Shown: positions 61,801 to 64,000 of the stretch, in pieces | Position numbering within the stretch: the stretch's first letter is position 1 | Layout of the letters: the number at the start of each line of letters is the position of its first letter | Assembly: GCA_050273025.1 (NCBI GenBank) | Contig: CP158635.1 | Span: forward strand, 22,878,001-22,942,000 | From: Cenococcum geophilum | Lineage: Eukaryota | Length of the DNA stretch: 64,000 nucleotides | Reading direction: 5' to 3' | Translations under genes and position numbers: made by a program | The notes under the pieces: model-generated | The model's database searches: none | Seen by the model: the letters and a program-made list of their open reading frames with translations, nothing else | What the model was told of the DNA's origin: nothing

Positions 61801-64000
61801 CTAAGTAGGCGAGTCCTAAAAGGCGGGGAGATGGATCACGGGGTTTTCTCATTTTTCTTAAATAGAGTTTTCTCCCCACATGTAAATAAGGAGTAGTCCG
61901 CGTGGGCCCAATAGGGATCTGAATCGGACGTTAAGCAATGAATTATTATTATTATTATTATTATTATATCTACTAGGTTATCTTAACCGTTAATCTATTA
62001 AATCTTAAAGAGTTCTCGCCGTTTATAGAATTAATAAAGTGCCATAATATCGATTATAAGGCGCTTTTCCTTTATAGTACTAAGCTTAACTAAGCACTTA
62101 TAGAGGGAGTATAAGTCGGTATATATAATTATAGGGATAACGGGAAGTTTAAGTTAATCTATAATTATCTTTAAGGTAGTTCCAATTGTAATTGCTATAT
62201 TAACTCCGCTAACTATTCTATATATCTCTAACGCTAGAACGCTTTAAGTAACGCGCTTGCTCTTAGTTAAGCTCCAATAGATAAGATTGCCGTAGATTAT
62301 AAAGTTATTCTCTCTAGTAGATTTATTTATAATAATAATCTTATATTCTAGCTAGGAGCTAAAATCTTTATTATTTATAAACGATCTATTAACAAATATA
62401 AAGAGCTTAGCGGTGGGAAGATTAATAAGCACGTAGAGTAGTCCCTAGTTAAGATAGTTTATTTACTAAGAGAGACGCTTATTTAGGGCAAGGACGTTAT
62501 TCTTAGTTGGTTCTTAGTATTAAGCGGTAACAGAGAGATTAAATAAAGCCTTAGGTTAACAGATAGAAGCGATATAAGCTCTATAAGCGCGTTACTCTAC
62601 ATATCCTTATTTTAGAGAATTAACGTTAATAATATTAATGTCGGTATTACCTGGGGGGGTACTGCAATTGCAATATAAGGTAACAGGTTCTTTAATTCAT
62701 TTGTGTCTTTCGCAGAGGATTGTAAGGATCGCGGTGCCTAAATAGGGGGCTGATAAGTCACTGTAAGGATAACTAATTAGAGACATAACTACGTAACCTC
62801 TACTTGTACAGACACTGGCAACATTTATAAAAAGGAAAGAAGGTAAGAAAGTACAAAGGAGAAGTATATAGGTCAACAGGTGCTTAGGGCAGTAATCGCG
62901 AATATCTCGGGTATTGCGAATATTACGGATATTGCAGACGTTGCGGATATTATTATGGGTATTGCGGATATCGCTACGGATATTGCGAATATTGCAGATA
63001 TCGTGAACATTTGGATATTGCGGTGGAGACAGGTAGGCGCGTATAAGGTGTTACTGAGGTGTCCCATGACAGAGCGTAGTTGAAGTTAGAACCGAAGGTG
63101 TGGCGGCTTTAGAAGGTATAAAAGTCATTACAGACTATAGGGGAAGCAGGTAGAAGGGCTAAGTCCTATCCGTTGTCGTCAAAATAACAGTTAAGGAAGT
63201 TAATATCAACGGTAAGGTCAGAAGGGTTATTGTCGTAGAGGTAGGTAGCGCTCTTACCCTTATCGTTGCTACTCTTATTATCGACATCACCGCGCCTTAC
63301 TATACTAGGTTCCGTACCACTAGGGTCTATACCACTAGGCTCTATGCTACCCGTAAGGCTATAGGCAAAGGCATTGTTGTTTATAGACGTGACTATATTC
63401 TTAGCCGTTTTAATTGGTATTGGTCCGTTTAAGGTTATAAAGTACTTAATACTATAGTTGTTATAAAAGAAGTTACCGCTAGTAGGAACTGCAGTTGGGG
63501 TTAATATATTAAATGCTATAGCCGTTATATCCTTATCGAAGTCGTCATCAATATCGTTATCCGCGAGGTATTAGTAGACACATCTTTTAAATCCTTCTTT
63601 TACTTCGTCACGTTCTTCTTTAGTATACCTAGTTAACTAACAGTCTCCTTTCTTACACACGAAGCACGTCCTAGCATTATTACTGTAACAATTATTTAAT
63701 GAACTTAGTTAAGACGTTGGTTGGTAGTAGCGATAGTTAGTAAAGAATACGTCCGTAGGCTGTTCCGTAGGCTATAAGAACACATTAACAGGTTATCCTA
63801 TAGTACTATTAATCTTCTTATAAGTGATAATTAACGATCGTAGGCTATTTATAAGGCCAGTAAGTATAGTAGGTAGGTTGGAGCAAGCTGCCTGGTAAGC
63901 AGTGACGTCTTAATAAGCGATAATGAGCTTATTGTATAGGAAGTCGTTGTTACGGAGGTTAGCGTTAAGACCATGCTATAAATAATGGAGGTCGTTAAGT
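55868..64000 (-). mobile_element. Copia (GalEa-like) LTR retrotransposon, RIP-damaged, interrupted by a LINE and running off the window; 3' LTR at 55868-55999
   Basis: 132-bp LTR with TGTTGG...CCAACA termini. RNase H de-RIPs to HWSSTKSKRVTRSVLASE...KEKRLMIDIMALR...DNPADAMTK. RT end RARGAYIASICQP and gag knuckle CFVCKKGDC. Confidence 0.85.
56393..61960 (+). mobile_element. Full-length Tad1-like LINE, RIP-inactivated (ORF1 with CCHC knuckles; ORF2 with APE endonuclease and RT)
   Basis: Motifs de-RIP to QYNCGN, LLGDMNLHHP.WGG, IDLTF, APGPDGIPN, YRPIALENTL, PQGSPLSPILF and GFVDD. It has an (ATT)n tail and TSD TTATTATATCTA at 56381-56392 and 61961-61972. Confidence 0.93.

Overview
Genomic DNA from a filamentous ascomycete (Pezizomycotina), judged from GT-AG introns with CTAAC-type branch sites and the fungal gene set. 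It has three compartments. (1) Bases 1 to about 30,370 are an AT-rich block with heavy RIP-type damage (CpA/TpG depleted, TpA enriched). It holds a 5'-truncated Tad1-like LINE, several decayed host-like genes (a protein kinase split by nested insertions, an NmrA-like reductase, two convergent unknown genes) and a four-level transposon nest (PIF/Harbinger-like MITE > Tc1/mariner-like element > piggyBac > solo LTR). It also holds an unclassified repeat-rich element, pogo/Tigger and Fot1 transposons, and a nearly intact HET-NACHT-WD40 NLR whose only visible lesion is TGG>TAG at a conserved Trp. (2) About 30,400-53,500 is an intact gene island: a small conserved protein, a conserved hypothetical protein, cyclin C (SSN8), a Ca-binding mitochondrial carrier (SAL1-like), HSP10, a TilS-like PP-loop enzyme, a RING/TRAF zinc-finger protein, a SYN8-like SNARE, het-c and a 948-aa ankyrin-repeat protein. 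(3) About 53,500-64,000 is a second RIP block, in which a full-length copy of the same LINE sits inside the RNase H region of an internally rearranged GalEa-type Copia. All calls come from reading and hand-translating the sequence; no database searches were run, and boundaries in RIP-damaged regions are approximate.
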